Notes under the pieces: model-generated
Told to the model about the DNA's origin: nothing
The model's input: only the letters and a program-made list of their open reading frames with translations
Databases searched by the model: none
Program-made: the position numbers and the translations under genes
From: a virus
Taxonomy: Duplodnaviria; Heunggongvirae; Uroviricota; Caudoviricetes
Length of the DNA stretch: 64,000 nucleotides
Strand: one strand, 5' to 3'
IMG/VR virus record: IMGVR_UViG_3300043418_000226
Shown here: positions 11,057-20,322 of the stretch, one piece after another
Numbering within the stretch: position 1 is the stretch's first letter
How the letters are laid out: every line of letters begins with the position of its first letter

Positions 11057-12245
11057 CATTAATAAAGACACATTTTGCGTATTGGCACATAGAGGTTTAC
11101 ACATAGATAATAAGATGAATGTAAAACCATGTTGTGTTTTTACTAATTTTGATGAACCGGTTATATATGGTCAAGACAAAACCATATTGGAATCCATTAA
11201 CACAAATCAATTTAAAGATTTAAGGGATAAATTAAATAAAGGAGAATACCATAAAGGATGTTCAAATTGTTTTAATGGTAGAACAAACTACAGGACCGAC
11301 ATTAACCAATTATTTGAAACTCAAAGTGATATATTGGATGAATACACTAAATTTTTAAACTTGGAAACTAGTGAGGTTAATTATATTGATATGAGAATTT
11401 CAAATAAATGTAATTTTAAGTGTATTATGTGTTGTGATATGTATTCTTCGGCATGGGAGGTTGACCTTAAGAAAATTTATTCGGGATATTCATCAGTAAG
11501 TAACGTCGAATTAAGTAAAAATTGGCAAAATCATTTTAAAGAAATTACAAAAAAAATAAAATTTATTTATTTTTCAGGTGGAGAACCATTTATTATGGAT
11601 GAAACGTTTGAATTAATAGATTTACTCGGTGAGGATTCAAAAGAAACGTCAATTTTTGTTAATACGAATTTATCAACATTAACATATAAAGATAGATTTG
11701 TATTAGATTATTTTAAGAACTTTAAAAGAGTGATTTTTCACATATCATGTGATGGATTTGGAGATATCGGGGAATATATTCGTTTTGGATTTAAAACCGA
11801 TAAAATTAAGAACAATATTACTAAATTGATAAAATTTATAGGTGAACATAAACATATTGATTATGATATTACTTATTCAATTTCGATTATAAACGTGGAT
11901 AATTTATTTGAATTTTTGGATACATTAAAAACTGAATTAAAAATAGACGATTCAAAAGTTAATTTTCAAATGGTGGGGTCACCGTATAATTTAAGTGTGG
12001 CATCTCTAAATTTGACAGAAAAAAATCGAATAACTGAGGAAATATCAAATAAGATGTTAAATTATAGTAATGAAACCATCGGTAGACTAAAAAGATTTCT
12101 CCAAACGGTCAATACCACAACGAGTGTCGATTTTTTCGATGATAACTTGGACCCACATCTCATTAAGAAGGTAGATAACCTAAGAGGTAACGACATTGGT
12201 AAGTTTGTATCAATTGACAATTTAAAACATTTAAGGATAAATTAA
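11046..12245 (+). CDS. Radical SAM protein (twitch/SPASM-like N-terminus)
   Basis: CNFKCIMC, SGGEP; CVLA..PCC..GCSNC. Confidence 0.9.
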   Translation: MNSNINKDTFCVLAHRGLHIDNKMNVKPCCVFTNFDEPVIYGQDKTILESINTNQFKDLRDKLNKGEYHKGCSNCFNGRTNYRTDINQLFETQSDILDEYTKFLNLETSEVNYIDMRISNKCNFKCIMCCDMYSSAWEVDLKKIYSGYSSVSNVELSKNWQNHFKEITKKIKFIYFSGGEPFIMDETFELIDLLGEDSKETSIFVNTNLSTLTYKDRFVLDYFKNFKRVIFHISCDGFGDIGEYIRFGFKTDKIKNNITKLIKFIGEHKHIDYDITYSISIINVDNLFEFLDTLKTELKIDDSKVNFQMVGSPYNLSVASLNLTEKNRITEEISNKMLNYSNETIGRLKRFLQTVNTTTSVDFFDDNLDPHLIKKVDNLRGNDIGKFVSIDNLKHLRIN

Positions 12246-12255
12246 GATAAAACAA

Positions 12256-12263
12256 TATTTATA
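12256..12263 (+). promoter_or_regulatory. Putative phage late-type promoter motif TATTTATA
   Basis: Same octamer recurs upstream of genes at 34164, 46531, 47851, 50636, 54036 and on the minus strand at 31453-31460. Confidence 0.55.
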
Positions 12264-12279
12264 TAAAAACAAAAAAAAC

Positions 12280-12486
12280 ATGATATATCAAATCAACGGT
12301 CTAAAACACACTGAAGCAGGTGTTGACGAATTGGAATTATTAAGTAACACTTTCGTAACTAAAGAAGAAGCTTTCCAATACGTGAAGGATAATTTAAAGT
12401 TAACCACATTAAGTGACGACAAAGATGTTATCGTATTGGATAATGGTATAGAAGAATATCATTATTTTGAAATAATTACAATCTAA
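12280..12486 (+). CDS. Small acidic hypothetical protein
   Basis: 68 aa ORF with its own TATTTATA motif and A-rich leader. Confidence 0.6.
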   Translation: MIYQINGLKHTEAGVDELELLSNTFVTKEEAFQYVKDNLKLTTLSDDKDVIVLDNGIEEYHYFEIITI

Positions 12487-12539
12487 TAGTAATTTTACAT
12501 TTTTTATTCGTATATTTAGTATATAGGTATATGTTATAA

Positions 12540-14216
12540 ATGCGTAAAAAAAATTACATTATTGGGATATCGGCGTACTATCACGACTCATCGGCATGTT
12601 TATTCATCGACGGTGAGTTGGTGTTCGCTTGTGAAGAGGAAAAATTTACAGGTATCAAACATGATAAATCCTTCCCATCTAAAACAATTGATTATATCTT
12701 TAAAAGATATAAAATATCTAAAAAAGATATTGAAACAGTTTGTTACTACGAAGATCCACAATTAAAATTGAAACGGGTTTTAAAAAACATTAAACCACAA
12801 TTATTTAAGAGCCCAATTTATTCTATTAAATCGTATTTTAATATTAAGAATAACATTAAAGATTTAAATAAAAAACTGTCTTTAGTTTCAAACAATACAC
12901 ACTATTCTACACACCACGAATCGCACATTTATTATTCATTTTATAGTTCTAAATTTGAGAATGCGGTGTGCTTATCAGTTGATGGTGTTGGGGAACTTGA
13001 AACACTTTCGATTGGTATTGCCGACTCTACCGGTATTAACTACGTACCACATACTAACTATCCACACTCGTTAGGTCTTTTTTATTCGGCAATGACATCA
13101 TTCTTAGGATTTAAACCTAATGAAGGTGAATATAAAATGATGGGACTTGCATCATACGGAGACCCAAACAAATACATTGAAAAGGTTAGAAAATTAATCA
13201 TATATAAAAACTCAAAATTAGAGTGTAATTTAGATTACTTTACATGGAATACGTCTAATAAAATCATGTTCAACGATAATTTAATCGATTTATTGAATAT
13301 GTTACCGAGACTATCCGAAGAAATTATTGAACAATGTCATATGGATTTGGCAGCTGCAGTACAAAAAAAATATGAGGAGATTTTGTTTGACATATTAAAT
13401 TCTTTACAAATTATAACGGATAAAACAAATTTATGTTTAAGTGGCGGTTGTGCTTATAATGGAACCGCCAACGGTAAAATAATTGAAAATACCCAATTTA
13501 AACATATATGGGTTCCACCGGCACCATCAGACGCAGGTTCCGCGATAGGCAGTTGTGTTCATTACATGGTTAAAAATAAAAATTTTAAAGGTAAAATTAA
13601 TAGAAACCCATACATTGGACCCCAATATGGTTATAACGATATTCAATCGGCAATAAAAAATACTCGACATATTAAATTTAAATCGGAAGACACGATAAAA
13701 AGATATATTGCCAAAAAAATAAATGAAGGTAAAGTAGTCGGGTGGTTTCAAGGACACTGTGAGTTTGGTTCAAGAGCTTTGGGTAATCGTTCAATATTGG
13801 CAAATCCTACTCTTGACGGAATGAAAGATAAAATAAACCAAGTAATTAAAAAAAGAGAAGGGTTTAGACCGTTTGCTCCGATGGTCATAAAGGAAAAACA
13901 AAACAATTATTTTGAAATGGTAGATGACATTCCTTATATGAATCAAGTGGTTAAAGTTAAAGAAGAATATATAGACATATTAAAAGCGGTGACCCATGTG
14001 GATGGAAGTGCCAGAGTCCAAACAGTCTATAAAAATACTGAAATGGGTAGATTATTGCTTGAATTTGAAAAAATTAGCGGTTACCCCATCCTACTTAACA
14101 CATCATTTAATATAAAAGATAAAACAATGGTACTAACACCAAAAAACGCCGTTGAAACTTTTTTCGATACTGAAATTGATATATTAGTGATTGAAAATTA
14201 CATAATATTTAAATAA
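12540..14216 (+). CDS. Carbamoyltransferase (NodU/CmcH/TobZ family)
   Basis: YYHDSSA..EEKFTGIKHD, HHESH, DGVGE, EFGSRALGNRSILA, RPFAP, THVDGSARVQ, LNTSFN. Confidence 0.95.
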   Translation: MRKKNYIIGISAYYHDSSACLFIDGELVFACEEEKFTGIKHDKSFPSKTIDYIFKRYKISKKDIETVCYYEDPQLKLKRVLKNIKPQLFKSPIYSIKSYFNIKNNIKDLNKKLSLVSNNTHYSTHHESHIYYSFYSSKFENAVCLSVDGVGELETLSIGIADSTGINYVPHTNYPHSLGLFYSAMTSFLGFKPNEGEYKMMGLASYGDPNKYIEKVRKLIIYKNSKLECNLDYFTWNTSNKIMFNDNLIDLLNMLPRLSEEIIEQCHMDLAAAVQKKYEEILFDILNSLQIITDKTNLCLSGGCAYNGTANGKIIENTQFKHIWVPPAPSDAGSAIGSCVHYMVKNKNFKGKINRNPYIGPQYGYNDIQSAIKNTRHIKFKSEDTIKRYIAKKINEGKVVGWFQGHCEFGSRALGNRSILANPTLDGMKDKINQVIKKREGFRPFAPMVIKEKQNNYFEMVDDIPYMNQVVKVKEEYIDILKAVTHVDGSARVQTVYKNTEMGRLLLEFEKISGYPILLNTSFNIKDKTMVLTPKNAVETFFDTEIDILVIENYIIFK

Positions 14217-14224
14217 AACTTAAT

Positions 14225-14341
14225 ATGAAAAAATTAATAAATTGGATTTTTAGTAAGATATCCGATTATAAACGCAAAAAACGTATGAAAAGAAAAATTA
14301 TTGAACTTAAAAAAAGAGACCCATTCACCTACAATCATTAA
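14225..14341 (+). CDS. Small basic protein (38 aa, ends KKRDPFTYNH); not in ORF track
   Basis: Read by hand: MKKLINWIFSKISDYKRKKRMKRKIIELKKRDPFTYNH, directly after the carbamoyltransferase. Confidence 0.6.
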   Translation: MKKLINWIFSKISDYKRKKRMKRKIIELKKRDPFTYNH

Positions 14342-14377
14342 TTTGACTTTTTAAATAATTTTTAGTATATTATTACT

Positions 14378-14821
14378 ATGATTATATGGTTAACTGGTCA
14401 ACCCGGTTCGGGAAAAACTACATTGGCAAAATGGTTAGAATCTTCATATCCAAATAAAGGGGTTATTGTCGATGGAGATGATATTAGAGAAATTTTTAAT
14501 AACAAAGATTACTCAGAAGTTGGTAGACGTGAAAATATTGATTTAGCACAAAAAATATCAAAATTTATTCATAATAAGGGTAATGTGGCAATTGTCTCGT
14601 TAGTTTCACCGTATAAAAACCAAAGAGACGAATTTAAATTAGAAATGGGTAAAGACTTAATTGAAGTTTACGTCCATACAACCGATATTAGAGGTAGGGA
14701 AAACTTCCATGTCAAAAATTATCAACCTCCCACCGAATTCTTCATTGATATTGACACCACCAATAGACCTGAATTTGAAACGGTTCAAGAACTTAAATTA
14801 AAATTAAAATTATATGAGTAA
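14378..14821 (+). CDS. cysC: Adenylyl-sulfate (APS) kinase
   Basis: WLTGQPGSGKTT, VDGDDIR, GRRENI, SLVSPY. Confidence 0.85.
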   Translation: MIIWLTGQPGSGKTTLAKWLESSYPNKGVIVDGDDIREIFNNKDYSEVGRRENIDLAQKISKFIHNKGNVAIVSLVSPYKNQRDEFKLEMGKDLIEVYVHTTDIRGRENFHVKNYQPPTEFFIDIDTTNRPEFETVQELKLKLKLYE

Positions 14822-15194
14822 AAAATATGCAATGTACGTGGGTAGGTGGCAAAATTTTCACGCTGGTCATGAATGGTTAATTAATCAACAATTAGAAAAT
14901 GGAAAAAATGTTTGGGTTGCAATTAGAGACGTTGACGTGGATGAAAATAATCCCAAAACCGCACATCAAGTTATGATTGATTTAATGAACGAACCATTTT
15001 TTACTCGAAATTGGGATAGGGTACTCGTCTCAATTATTCCCGATATTGAAAGTATTAATTATGGTAGAGGCGTGGGGTATGATGTAATTTATCATGAACC
15101 ACCAATGGATATTGCATCAATAAGTGGTACGGCGATAAGAACGGGACACATGACAGCGGACGGTAAAATTACCTACGACGAAAATAAAGGATAA
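14814..15194 (+). CDS. HxGH nucleotidyltransferase, probable minimal ATP sulfurylase
   Basis: GRWQNFHAGH, YGRGVGY, ISGTAIR; adjacent to cysC. Confidence 0.65.
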   Translation: MSKKYAMYVGRWQNFHAGHEWLINQQLENGKNVWVAIRDVDVDENNPKTAHQVMIDLMNEPFFTRNWDRVLVSIIPDIESINYGRGVGYDVIYHEPPMDIASISGTAIRTGHMTADGKITYDENKG

Positions 15195-15418
15195 TGATGG
15201 TACAAAAAAAACGACACATTGCTAAAACAATTTCATATCGAATAGTTAGTACTATGATTGGATTTTTATTAATGTGGTGGATAAGTGGTTCAGTAAAAGT
15301 CGGTACCGCGTTCGGTGTTGCTGAGTTAGTTTACAAACCAATACAGTATTACATACATGAAAGAATTTGGTATAAGTGGATTAAGTTTGGATTAAATAAA
15401 AATGATAAAGGTAACTAA
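15194..15418 (+). CDS. DUF2061-like small membrane protein
   Basis: AKTISYR..YYIHERIW. Confidence 0.7.
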   Translation: MMVQKKRHIAKTISYRIVSTMIGFLLMWWISGSVKVGTAFGVAELVYKPIQYYIHERIWYKWIKFGLNKNDKGN

Positions 15419-15863
15419 CAAATTTTTAACGGATAATCAAACACAAAGTCTCATATCATTGTGGGATAATAATTTATGTTTCGAAGTTAAGGATGAAATA
15501 TATAGATTTAAAGGTATCGATTTATTACCCATATTACATCAGTTAGATTTACCAAATTTTTTAAAAATGAGGCAAATTTATAATGCATTTAGATTACAAT
15601 TAGTTGACGAAACTATAGAACAGGTTGATTATTTTCACTCACATACTGACCCATATTCTTTTGTTATATTTTTAAATCATAATTTTACTGGTGGAGAATT
15701 AACATTCGATAACGGGACGAAAATACAACCAACCGCCGGTAATATGATATATTTTAGCGGAAATGAAAAACATCGTGTAGAAAAAACAAAGGGTAAAAGA
15801 TTCACATTAATCTCATTTCTTAATCAGGATTTATACTCTGAAGTTAAAAAAACAATAATATGA
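15402..15863 (+). CDS. 2OG-Fe(II) oxygenase (prolyl-hydroxylase-like)
   Basis: HSH, FLNHNFTGGEL, HRV..GKRFTL. Confidence 0.8.
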   Translation: MIKVTNKFLTDNQTQSLISLWDNNLCFEVKDEIYRFKGIDLLPILHQLDLPNFLKMRQIYNAFRLQLVDETIEQVDYFHSHTDPYSFVIFLNHNFTGGELTFDNGTKIQPTAGNMIYFSGNEKHRVEKTKGKRFTLISFLNQDLYSEVKKTII

Positions 15864-16336
15864 TTGTAATATTTGAAAACTTTTTAAAAGATGGTGAAAC
15901 TAATCAACTTGTTTCATTATGGAATGAAACTGAAAGAAACTATTCAAATGTAGGTGCACATTTTTATTTTAATAACCTTATTCCAATAAAAGATAATATT
16001 GAAATAAAAGATTATTTTTTTAAAGACCACATTTTTGAAGCGTTAAGATTACAAAAATATGACGATACAATAATTCAAAATATTAGTTACCACCGCCACT
16101 ATAATCCATATAATTTAGTAATTTATTTGAATGACAATTTTCATGGGGGAACTTTGGAATTCACAAATGGAGTAACCGTAACACCAAAAAAGGGAATGTT
16201 AGTTTACTTTAATGAAAATGAAATGCATAGAGTTAACGACCACCAAGGAGTTAGATGGTCGTTAGTTGCATCATCTAAAAAAGATTTTCTAAATAAAATA
16301 ATCTCATCTCAACCATCTGTATATAAATATATATGA
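15860..16336 (+). CDS. 2OG-Fe(II) oxygenase
   Basis: HRH, YLNDNFHGGTL, HRV..GVRWSL. Confidence 0.8.
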   Translation: MIVIFENFLKDGETNQLVSLWNETERNYSNVGAHFYFNNLIPIKDNIEIKDYFFKDHIFEALRLQKYDDTIIQNISYHRHYNPYNLVIYLNDNFHGGTLEFTNGVTVTPKKGMLVYFNENEMHRVNDHQGVRWSLVASSKKDFLNKIISSQPSVYKYI

Positions 16337-17064
16337 AATTAATATGGACGTTAAATTTTAATATCGAATCTAACGATGTTATTAGGGAAAATCGAAAAAT
16401 ATTGATTAATTTTTATGTTAAATCTATAACAACTGCCAAACAATTGGGGTACGTTACAATAATATACACAAACGAATCAAATAGACATGTATTCGATTCT
16501 TTAGTCGATGAATTTATACCGTTGGAATCTTATTGTGACTCAATACTATTTGATAGTTTTAAAATAAAGGTATTGGAAGAGAGAACTGATGATTTTTACC
16601 TAATTGATGGTGATTTAATTTTAAATTCTGTCTTACCTGTATTTGACGTGGACGTTACTTTTGATTCATATGAAATTAGTCATTGGAAAATGGCATATGG
16701 GGATTCAATTAATGAATTAATGGGGTTAGGTATAAATGAAATTTTTCCCGATTTCAGTTCAAAAACAATTAAAATACTTGGTTGCGGATTATTACGCATA
16801 CCTAACCTAAAAAATAGGTTAGATTATGTTGATAATTGGAAAAAATTCAGTATCTTTATTAATAACAATATTACACAAATAAAAAACAATCCGACCGCAG
16901 TTGGTGCTCAATATTTATTAACGATGTTAATTAAGAATAACGGGTTAAGTGTTAAACCATTATCTGAGGTTTTAGGTCAACAAAACGAGTTTTATAAACA
17001 TTATATTGGACAATCTAAATATAACATCAACGACTCGAACGGTCACTCTAAAAAATTATTTTGA
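16333..17064 (+). CDS. Putative GT-A fold protein (DUF6734-like)
   Basis: FKIKVL..FYLIDGDL; resembles 10079..11056. Confidence 0.45.
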   Translation: MKLIWTLNFNIESNDVIRENRKILINFYVKSITTAKQLGYVTIIYTNESNRHVFDSLVDEFIPLESYCDSILFDSFKIKVLEERTDDFYLIDGDLILNSVLPVFDVDVTFDSYEISHWKMAYGDSINELMGLGINEIFPDFSSKTIKILGCGLLRIPNLKNRLDYVDNWKKFSIFINNNITQIKNNPTAVGAQYLLTMLIKNNGLSVKPLSEVLGQQNEFYKHYIGQSKYNINDSNGHSKKLF

Positions 17065-17107
17065 TATTTATCATAAGACATTAAAAGACAACAATTAAAA
17101 AAAACAT

Positions 17108-18973
17108 ATGAAAGGTACATTTTTTTCTTCCGATTTTATCAGGGATTCCAATGGAGAATTAAGATTATTGGAAATAAACACAGACACAACCACCGGGTAT
17201 AATTCAACATTAGCATACTTTGATTATAGTAATTTTATTAACATTTTAAGTGAGAATAACATTACTGATGTTTGTATCATATATAAAATGGCATTACAAG
17301 GTAAGGTTGTTGATCATTTATGTGGTGTTCTTGAAACATCAGCACCCTTTATTACCAATATTGAAAAAATTGTTGTTCCGGCGGATTCTATTTTCCCATC
17401 AAATCCTGAAGATTCGGACACCAAATTTATTTTAAGATTTGCATACGATGAAACCGCAATCTTGGACTCGGAATATGCTAAAGGAACTTTAAATTTATTA
17501 AAGTTATTTTCAGATAATAATGACAATGAATCTATTATAAATTATTATCATTCGTCCCCTATTAATGGTACGTATAATACATTATTGAATGATAATTTAA
17601 CAAATCCTAACAATATACCGGATGTGATTGTTAAACCCGTAGTAGTTGACCATAAGGCGTTCCCATTATATAAAATAGGTAAATCTAATCTAACACCAAC
17701 TGAAAGGTACGGTGAATTTATTTCGGACGTTGCAACAACAAATAACATAATACAACAATATCACATTTCCCAATCACAAATTGAACAGAACATTGTTACC
17801 TCAGTTAGAGTTTTTAAAATTGTTTACGGTCCTTACTTAGAATTGTGTGATGTAGCGGAATACGAGGCCGAGGCGGTGTTCAATCTACCAACGTCAATCG
17901 AGGTCGACGACACCAAAATTAGTAACCAACTTAGTTTAAAACATTACTATGAGTTTGCGACTAACTTTATTAAAAATGAAAAACACGGATTATTAGGTGA
18001 AGAAATGGTTGTTAGTTTAAGTGGAGATGAAATACCAATCTCAACAATGGTTGAGGGAGATTCATACCCATCTTACTTTGTTGAAGGTTCACCGAACACC
18101 GATGACGACGACATATTAAACCAATGGAGTTTTTCTGGCAGTGAGTTACCAAGCGGGTCATATCAAACAACGTCAGTTTTAATTCATTTATATGAGTGGC
18201 AACCATTTGCCAATGAAATCACTAAAATTTCATTCCCAAATGACGAATACATTAGAATTGGTGGAGCAAACAGATTATTGGCTTACGATTCAATAACGAA
18301 CTCAATTAAATACATACCATGTAATTTCTTGACAACAAATCATTCTATATTCGACTCAACTGGTAATTTAGTACCAATTGTTAACGTTGAATATGAAATT
18401 TTAGAAACAACTGAAACTTTCTATTCTCCGAATATGGAGGATGTCGATACATTCTTAATCGGTGGATCTAAAATCATTAGATTGGTTTCCCATAACCCAA
18501 TTAGGGGTGTATCATGTTTCATTGCAGGTACTACCGTAACGATGGGGGACGAGTCAATAAAAAATATTGAAGATGTTATTATTGGAGATGAGGTTATGTC
18601 ATTTAATGAGATAACTAAAGAAGTTGAAGTTAAAAAAGTGACAAATGTTAAAACACCACTACATAATGATTTGGTAACGTACACTTTAAGTGACGGAAGA
18701 ACAATCACAAGTACATTTGACCACCCATACTATGTAAACTCGACAGAATTGGCGTCATTCGACCCTAAATTAACAATTGAAAGATATGATTTGGGAAGAG
18801 AAATCCATGAGATTAAAATTGGAGATACAATTCAAAATTTAACCGATTTGACTTTAACAACTATAGTTGATATTAAGGGAAAAATCACAAATGAGACTCA
18901 AACATATATCATAACGGTTGAGGATAACCATAATTTCTATGCAAATGGAATCTTAGTTCATAATAAAGTATAA
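17108..18973 (+). CDS. Circularly permuted ATP-grasp-like domain fused to two tandem Hint (intein-like) domains
   Basis: SDFIRD..LLEINTD, VIVKP and IIQQY in the N-terminal half; Hint1 G294..SHN463; linker PIRGVS; Hint2 CFIAGT..TFDHP..HNFYANGILVHN619, then KV-stop. Confidence 0.8.
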   Translation: MKGTFFSSDFIRDSNGELRLLEINTDTTTGYNSTLAYFDYSNFINILSENNITDVCIIYKMALQGKVVDHLCGVLETSAPFITNIEKIVVPADSIFPSNPEDSDTKFILRFAYDETAILDSEYAKGTLNLLKLFSDNNDNESIINYYHSSPINGTYNTLLNDNLTNPNNIPDVIVKPVVVDHKAFPLYKIGKSNLTPTERYGEFISDVATTNNIIQQYHISQSQIEQNIVTSVRVFKIVYGPYLELCDVAEYEAEAVFNLPTSIEVDDTKISNQLSLKHYYEFATNFIKNEKHGLLGEEMVVSLSGDEIPISTMVEGDSYPSYFVEGSPNTDDDDILNQWSFSGSELPSGSYQTTSVLIHLYEWQPFANEITKISFPNDEYIRIGGANRLLAYDSITNSIKYIPCNFLTTNHSIFDSTGNLVPIVNVEYEILETTETFYSPNMEDVDTFLIGGSKIIRLVSHNPIRGVSCFIAGTTVTMGDESIKNIEDVIIGDEVMSFNEITKEVEVKKVTNVKTPLHNDLVTYTLSDGRTITSTFDHPYYVNSTELASFDPKLTIERYDLGREIHEIKIGDTIQNLTDLTLTTIVDIKGKITNETQTYIITVEDNHNFYANGILVHNKV

Positions 18974-18976
18974 AAG

Positions 18977-19117
18977 ATGTCAGTAACAGTATATAAGTCG
19001 ATTAAAATCGAAGACGCTAAATTAAAAACAGTAACCCCCATAAATTCTACCGATAAGGCTAAAGTTAATTTAGTCGTTGGTAAGTTTATCCAATATCTAA
19101 AGGCCGCACATTCATAA
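18977..19117 (+). CDS. Small hypothetical protein (46 aa); not in ORF track
   Basis: MSVTVYKSIKIEDAKLKTVTPINSTDKAKVNLVVGKFIQYLKAAHS; fills the gap between the Hint gene and the oxygenase with 3-4 nt spacers. Confidence 0.65.
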   Translation: MSVTVYKSIKIEDAKLKTVTPINSTDKAKVNLVVGKFIQYLKAAHS

Positions 19118-19121
19118 TTGT

Positions 19122-19679
19122 ATGGTTTTATTTGAGAAAGTAATATTAACTGAGGATGATTGCGCAAATATTGTTAAATCCATCCATGAGTGGACCACTG
19201 CCGGTTTATACTCTCAAAAAGGAGATAGTTACGTTACTGTGGTTAATTCACATAAACGAAACACATTGGCTTCGTTTATTTCTCTCAAAAATCAAAGTAT
19301 TTTACATTCCAAAATTAACGGGGCACTTAATGAAATTGGGTATAAATTTATTACCGATAATATCGATGGTAATATATTAAAATACGAAAAAGATTGTTTT
19401 ATTTATAAACATCACGACTTACCAATTGAAGGAGTTAAACGAATTTTTTGTGTTATCGTCCAATTAAACGATTCCACAAAATACATCGGTGGAGATTTCA
19501 AATATTACCCCAACAACAATGAATTCAAGATGGGTAGAACTATTGGAAATTGTTTAATCTTTAAACCGGAGTTATTACACGAAGTCACATTAGTCGAACA
19601 AGGTGAAAGATATTCATTAGTTGTATGGGTTAACTACGAAGACATCGAAAAATTATCAACAAAACGAAGTTTAATATAA
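19122..19679 (+). CDS. 2OG-Fe(II) oxygenase
   Basis: KHHD, VQLND..YIGGDF, LHEV..GERYSLVVW. Confidence 0.85.
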   Translation: MVLFEKVILTEDDCANIVKSIHEWTTAGLYSQKGDSYVTVVNSHKRNTLASFISLKNQSILHSKINGALNEIGYKFITDNIDGNILKYEKDCFIYKHHDLPIEGVKRIFCVIVQLNDSTKYIGGDFKYYPNNNEFKMGRTIGNCLIFKPELLHEVTLVEQGERYSLVVWVNYEDIEKLSTKRSLI

Positions 19680-20270
19680 ATGAAAACCATTTTAATTGCC
19701 AATCCAAGAACTGGGTCAACATCAATTTCATTTTATGTTCAAGAATTAAAAGGAAATCGACAAGTTTTCATTGAACCATTTTACGAACATAGAGACATAT
19801 CATATAAAGAAGTTTTATCATACGATAATAGTTTCACTAAACAAATCTATAACCAATTACCAAAGGAGTATAACAATATGAAACGTGAAGACTTCTATGA
19901 AATGGTGTTTAAGGATTTTGATAAGGTCGTTTTTTTAGATAGAAGAAACATTACCAAACAATCCGAGAGTTATTCTTCAGCATTGGTTAGGGATGAGTGG
20001 TACGGTAAATACATGTACGACCCAAGTACGGCAAGTAAACATTTAGAGATAACACAAAGAATTTTATCCGAAATTAAACATGAAATGCAAATTCTGTCTA
20101 ACATTAAAAATATGACAATTCATTACTATGAAGACATATACTTTAATGAAGAATATATGGTTAATTTCTTAAAAGAAATCAATTGTGAATTTAATGAACC
20201 CCTATATAAAAAATACTTGGATAGGTCGAACACATATAGAAGTGGTAAAATAGATAAAACAATAATTTAA
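19680..20270 (+). CDS. Sulfotransferase-like protein
   Basis: PAPS-binding-like ANPRTGST, EPF, LDRRN..QSES, YYEDI. Confidence 0.7.
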   Translation: MKTILIANPRTGSTSISFYVQELKGNRQVFIEPFYEHRDISYKEVLSYDNSFTKQIYNQLPKEYNNMKREDFYEMVFKDFDKVVFLDRRNITKQSESYSSALVRDEWYGKYMYDPSTASKHLEITQRILSEIKHEMQILSNIKNMTIHYYEDIYFNEEYMVNFLKEINCEFNEPLYKKYLDRSNTYRSGKIDKTII

Positions 20271-20322
20271 ATGTAATTGATATTTTAAATTATTTTTAAT
20301 ATATTATAGTAATATAAAAAAA

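Noticed and set aside
12280-12486. RiPP precursor for the rSAM array
   Set aside because: No leader/core pattern, Cys or repeated motif; it looks like a small globular protein
18515-18964. Conventional splicing intein or mobile intein
   Set aside because: No endonuclease domain, and the residue after the terminal Asn is Lys followed by Val-stop, so there is no C-extein nucleophile
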